Origin: an uncultured Desulfospira sp.
Lineage (GTDB): Bacteria; Desulfobacterota; Desulfobacteria; Desulfobacterales; Desulfobacteraceae
Reading direction: 5' to 3'
Assembly: GCA_963663165.1 (NCBI GenBank)
Contig: OY760175.1
Coordinates: forward strand, 3,232,001-3,296,000
DNA: 64,000 bases
Part shown: positions 60,530-64,000 of the stretch, piece by piece
How positions within the stretch are numbered: the first letter of the stretch is position 1
Layout of the letters: the number at the start of each line of letters is the position of its first letter
Made by a program: the position numbers and the translations under genes
The notes under the pieces: generated by a model
Databases searched by the model: none
Told to the model about the DNA's origin: nothing
Seen by the model: the letters and a program-made list of their open reading frames with translations, nothing else

Positions 60530-61471
60530 TCAGCGTTCTCCTTTCCTGAAAGGGATCAGAAGGGCCTTGGGATAGGCGGCTTTCCTGGACATGATCACCA
60601 GGGCCGCAATGGAAAACAGATAAGGCATCATCAAATAGACCTGGTAGGGGATGGCCATGCCGGCCTGCTGCTGCACCCGCATCTGAACCGCATCAAAAGC
60701 GGCAAACAAAAGGCTTCCCAAAAGCGCCTTAAAGGGTTTCCAGGACGCAAATACCACCAGGGCAATGCAAATCCAGCCCCGGCCGTTCACCATGCCGATG
60801 TAATAGGCGTCAAAGGCGGACAGGGTTAAAAATGCCCCGCCCACAGCCATGAGGGCCGAGCCCGCGCACACGGCAAGGGTCCTTAAGAAAAAAACGTTCA
60901 GTCCCTGGGCTTCAACGGCCCTGGGGTTTTCCCCGGTCATGCGAAGGGCAAGGCCTAAAGGGGTTTTATACAGGATATAGGCCACCACCCCCACACTGAT
61001 AAAGGCCAGAAGGGTTAAGGGCGTCTGGGTAAAAATCACATCCCCGGCAATGGGAAGGGATTTGAGAAACGGGATGTCCATGGGGGCAAAGGGGACGATT
61101 TTCGGCGGGGTGGTGGCCTTGGGCAGCAGCATCCTGAACACAAAGGCGGACAGGCTCGACCCCAGCATGGTGATCCCCAGGCCTGCCACATGCTGGGACA
61201 ACCCTAAGAACACGGCCAGAAACGAATGCAAAAGCCCCAGGGCAATGCCGACGGCGGCCGCAAAGGCCACCCCGCCCCAAAGGCTTCCCCCCAGGTAGAC
61301 AAAGGTCCATCCGCCCATGCAGCCGGCGGCCATGATGCCTTCAATCCCCAGGTTCAATACCCCGGCCCGTTCGCAGACCAGTTCACCCAATGTACCGAAA
61401 ATCAAGGGCGTGGCCATCCTGACCATGGCCACCCAGAATCCGGTCTCAACAAAGAACGATAGAATATCCAT
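60530..61471 (-). CDS. ABC transporter permease (nucleoside/nucleobase type)
   Basis: ERAGVLNLGIEG, GRGWICIALVVF. Confidence 0.9.
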   Translation of the reverse strand: MDILSFFVETGFWVAMVRMATPLIFGTLGELVCERAGVLNLGIEGIMAAGCMGGWTFVYLGGSLWGGVAFAAAVGIALGLLHSFLAVFLGLSQHVAGLGITMLGSSLSAFVFRMLLPKATTPPKIVPFAPMDIPFLKSLPIAGDVIFTQTPLTLLAFISVGVVAYILYKTPLGLALRMTGENPRAVEAQGLNVFFLRTLAVCAGSALMAVGGAFLTLSAFDAYYIGMVNGRGWICIALVVFASWKPFKALLGSLLFAAFDAVQMRVQQQAGMAIPYQVYLMMPYLFSIAALVIMSRKAAYPKALLIPFRKGER

Positions 61472-61477
61472 TTTATC

Positions 61478-62524
61478 TTATCCTTTCCTGATCCGGTACC
61501 GGGTGAAAAAAAGGGCGCAAAGCACCGACAAAAGGCAGACTGCCGTGGCGACATCGGCAATGTAATTGGAGATGTTAATGGCCCGGCTCATGCTGTCCGC
61601 GCCGATATAGATCATGGCCACAAACAGGGCCGCCCCCACCACGCCAATGGGATGCAGGGCTGCCAGCATGGCCACCACAATGCCGGTATACCCGAACCCG
61701 GGGGACAGATCCGTGGTCAGATACCCTTTGACCCCGCACAGTTCGCTGACCCCGGCCATGGCGGCAAGCCCGCCGGAGATCAGGGCGGTCCGGATCACCG
61801 CCGCCGTCACCGGCATGCCGGCAAACCGGCCGGCGTTGGCGTTAAAGCCCACGGCCCGGATTTCAAACCCCCACACGGTTTTTTCCATGAACAGCCAGAC
61901 CAGTACGGCGGTGATCAAGGCCAGGATAAACCCGAGATGAAGCCGGGTCCGGACCACCAGAATCGGCAGAACCGCTGAATCCACCACCGGGGCCGACTGG
62001 GGCCATCCCATGGACATGGGATCTTTCCAGGGACCGAATACCAGCCAGTTGACAAATAAAAGCACCACAAAATTGAGCAGCAGGGTGGTCACCACCTCAT
62101 CCACATTCATTAAGGTTTTCAGCAGGGTGGGGACCAAAAGAAAAAGCCCGCCGGCCAGGGCGCCTGCGGCAAAAAGGTAGGGGATCATGGCCCAGGCGGG
62201 CAAGGTGCCCTTGGTCCCTAAGAGGACGGCCATGACGGCCCCGATATAAAACTGCCCTTCACCGCCGATGTTCCAGAGTCTTGCCCTGAAGGCCACGGCC
62301 GCGGCAAGCCCGGTAAAGATCAGGGGCGTCGCCCGGGTCAGGGTTTCGGTCAGGGCAAATGTTGAGCCGGCCGAGCCCTTGAACATGAGCCACCAGCCCG
62401 CCAGGGGGGAGGCCCCGCCCCAGACAATCAGAATGGAACAGACAGCCATGGCCGCGGCAATGGCCGCGGCCAGTGCCCCTGCCACCAGCCATATCGAATG
62501 GGTTTCCCGCAGCTCAATTCGCAT
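61478..62524 (-). CDS. ABC transporter permease (nucleoside/nucleobase type)
   Basis: LWNIGGEGQ, DEVVTTLLLN, GFGYTGIVVA. Confidence 0.9.
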   Translation of the reverse strand: MRIELRETHSIWLVAGALAAAIAAAMAVCSILIVWGGASPLAGWWLMFKGSAGSTFALTETLTRATPLIFTGLAAAVAFRARLWNIGGEGQFYIGAVMAVLLGTKGTLPAWAMIPYLFAAGALAGGLFLLVPTLLKTLMNVDEVVTTLLLNFVVLLFVNWLVFGPWKDPMSMGWPQSAPVVDSAVLPILVVRTRLHLGFILALITAVLVWLFMEKTVWGFEIRAVGFNANAGRFAGMPVTAAVIRTALISGGLAAMAGVSELCGVKGYLTTDLSPGFGYTGIVVAMLAALHPIGVVGAALFVAMIYIGADSMSRAINISNYIADVATAVCLLSVLCALFFTRYRIRKG

Positions 62525-64000
62525 GGGCCACCCCCTGGGAGTCACTGTGGCCGGCCATGGCCAGCCCCAATTGTTCCCGGCTGGCCTCTTTCGTATGACA
62601 GGCCTTTGAGAGCCGTCCCTGGACCATCACCTGGATCCGGTGGGAAATCTCAAGCAGTTCATCAAGGTCTTCTGAAATAATGACCACACCGGCGCCTTGT
62701 TCAGCGGCCCGGACCAGCCGGCGGTGAACAAAGGCGGTGGCCCCCACATCCAGGCCCCAGGTGGGCTGGTTGGCCAGGATGATGCCGGGACTGCCGGACA
62801 GCTCCCGGGCCAGAATCAGCTTTTGCATGTTGCCGCCGGAAAGATGGCGGGCCAGGGCCTTGGGGCCCGGGCAGCGCACGTCAAACTTCCGGATACGCTC
62901 TGTGGCATAGGCCGTCATCTGTTTGGTTCTGAGCAGCCCCCAGCGGGAGTAAGGGACTTGCCGGTAGGATTCGGCAGCCAGGTTTTCCATGACCGTCAGA
63001 TCGGTGATCAAACCGGTGCCGGTCCGGTCGTCGGGCACCCGGCCAAGGCCTGCCCGGATCATATGGCGGGGACTGATCCGTTTAACCATGGTGTCCCCCA
63101 CGTTGACGCACCCGGCATCGGGCTTTGCCATACCGCAGATAATGTCGGCCAGCATGGCCTGCCCGTTGCCGGACACCCCGGCAATGCCAAGGATTTCTCC
63201 GGCGTTAAGGCTCAGGTCAAGATCGGTAAGCCCGGCCCCGGACAGATTGGCGGCACAGACCCCCTCAAGGCTGAGGACGGTCTGCCGGCCTGCCGGCCGC
63301 CTGATGTGATGCCGCTTTACATCCCGGGATGATACCGCTTCAACTTCTTTGCCCACCATGGCCCTGGCCAGGGATACCGGGTCTGTGTCACGGGTGGGGC
63401 ATTGAAACACAACTTTGCCTTGGCGCAGGACAACGCACCGGTGGCTGACCGCCATGACCTCCCGCATTTTGTGGGTAATGAAGATGATGCTCAATCCCTT
63501 GGCCACCAGCTGTTCAAGGGTGGCGAATAACGCATCCGATTCCTGGGGGGTGAGGACAGCCGTAGGCTCATCAAGGATCAGGATTTGGGCATCCCGGTAC
63601 AGCACCTTCAGGATCTCCACCCGCTGCTGCTGGCCCACACTCAGGTCCCGGACCAGGCGCTGGGGGTCCACTTTGAGGCCGAACCGGCCCATCAGGCCGT
63701 CAAGCCTCTGAGCGGCTTTTTTCCGGTTGCTCGAGAAACGGAACAGGCTTTCCGTTCCCAGGATGATATTGTCCAGAACGCTCATGTTTTCAGCCAGGGT
63801 GAAATGCTGGTGGACCATGCCCACACCGCTTTTCAGGGCGGCTGCAGGCGATCCGGCCTCAAGGGGATGTCCCATCACCTCTATTCGTCCTTTGTCCGCC
63901 ACATAGTGGCCGAACAAAATCGACATTAATGTGGTTTTTCCCGCTCCGTTTTCCCCGAGCAGGGCAACGATTTCACCCTTGTGAAGATCCAGGCTGACAT
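62514..64000 (-). CDS. ABC transporter ATP-binding protein with two ATPase domains (5' end outside window)
   Basis: LLGENGAGKT read near 63930-63965, LSVGQQQRVE, LDEPT, LSGGNMQK. Confidence 0.92.
   Translation of the reverse strand, partial: VSLDLHKGEIVALLGENGAGKTTLMSILFGHYVADKGRIEVMGHPLEAGSPAAALKSGVGMVHQHFTLAENMSVLDNIILGTESLFRFSSNRKKAAQRLDGLMGRFGLKVDPQRLVRDLSVGQQQRVEILKVLYRDAQILILDEPTAVLTPQESDALFATLEQLVAKGLSIIFITHKMREVMAVSHRCVVLRQGKVVFQCPTRDTDPVSLARAMVGKEVEAVSSRDVKRHHIRRPAGRQTVLSLEGVCAANLSGAGLTDLDLSLNAGEILGIAGVSGNGQAMLADIICGMAKPDAGCVNVGDTMVKRISPRHMIRAGLGRVPDDRTGTGLITDLTVMENLAAESYRQVPYSRWGLLRTKQMTAYATERIRKFDVRCPGPKALARHLSGGNMQKLILARELSGSPGIILANQPTWGLDVGATAFVHRRLVRAAEQGAGVVIISEDLDELLEISHRIQVMVQGRLSKACHTKEASREQLGLAMAGHSDSQGVAHAN

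Overview
Bacterial chromosome segment. Gene content and style suggest a sulfate-reducing Desulfobacteraceae-like deltaproteobacterium (inference). Ordinary parts: beta-oxidation pair (FadN-type dehydrogenase/hydratase and thiolase), two GGDEF proteins, uvrA, a Cys-type formate dehydrogenase alpha subunit, a hybrid kinase, a GT2 synthase, phoA, a USP, codA and a nucleoside-type ABC transporter. Four accessory signals stand out. (1) A signal-peptide-bearing Rhs polymorphic toxin locus (13.2-28.7 kb): a small YD-repeat partner, an orphan module, then a mosaic of truncated gene fragments, each starting at a copy of a 68-bp palindromic repeat (TGGGGTCAGAGTAAAATTA...TAATTTTACTCTGACCCCA) with stuttered arms. 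(2) Three identical 152-bp MITEs with 8-bp target duplications, all inside genes, in the same orientation and reading phase, each appending xNYSANAEN-stop. (3) A 12.8-kb three-gene operon of giant secreted proteins behind a sigma54-type promoter; its last gene shares a dockerin/EF-hand-like C-terminal tail with the small Rhs partner. (4) A restriction-modification pair in which the nuclease is hit by the MITE and the methylase carries a potentially reversible 35-bp duplication with a poly-G tract. No rRNA, tRNA or CRISPR array was seen. All family calls come from motif recognition by eye; no searches were run.
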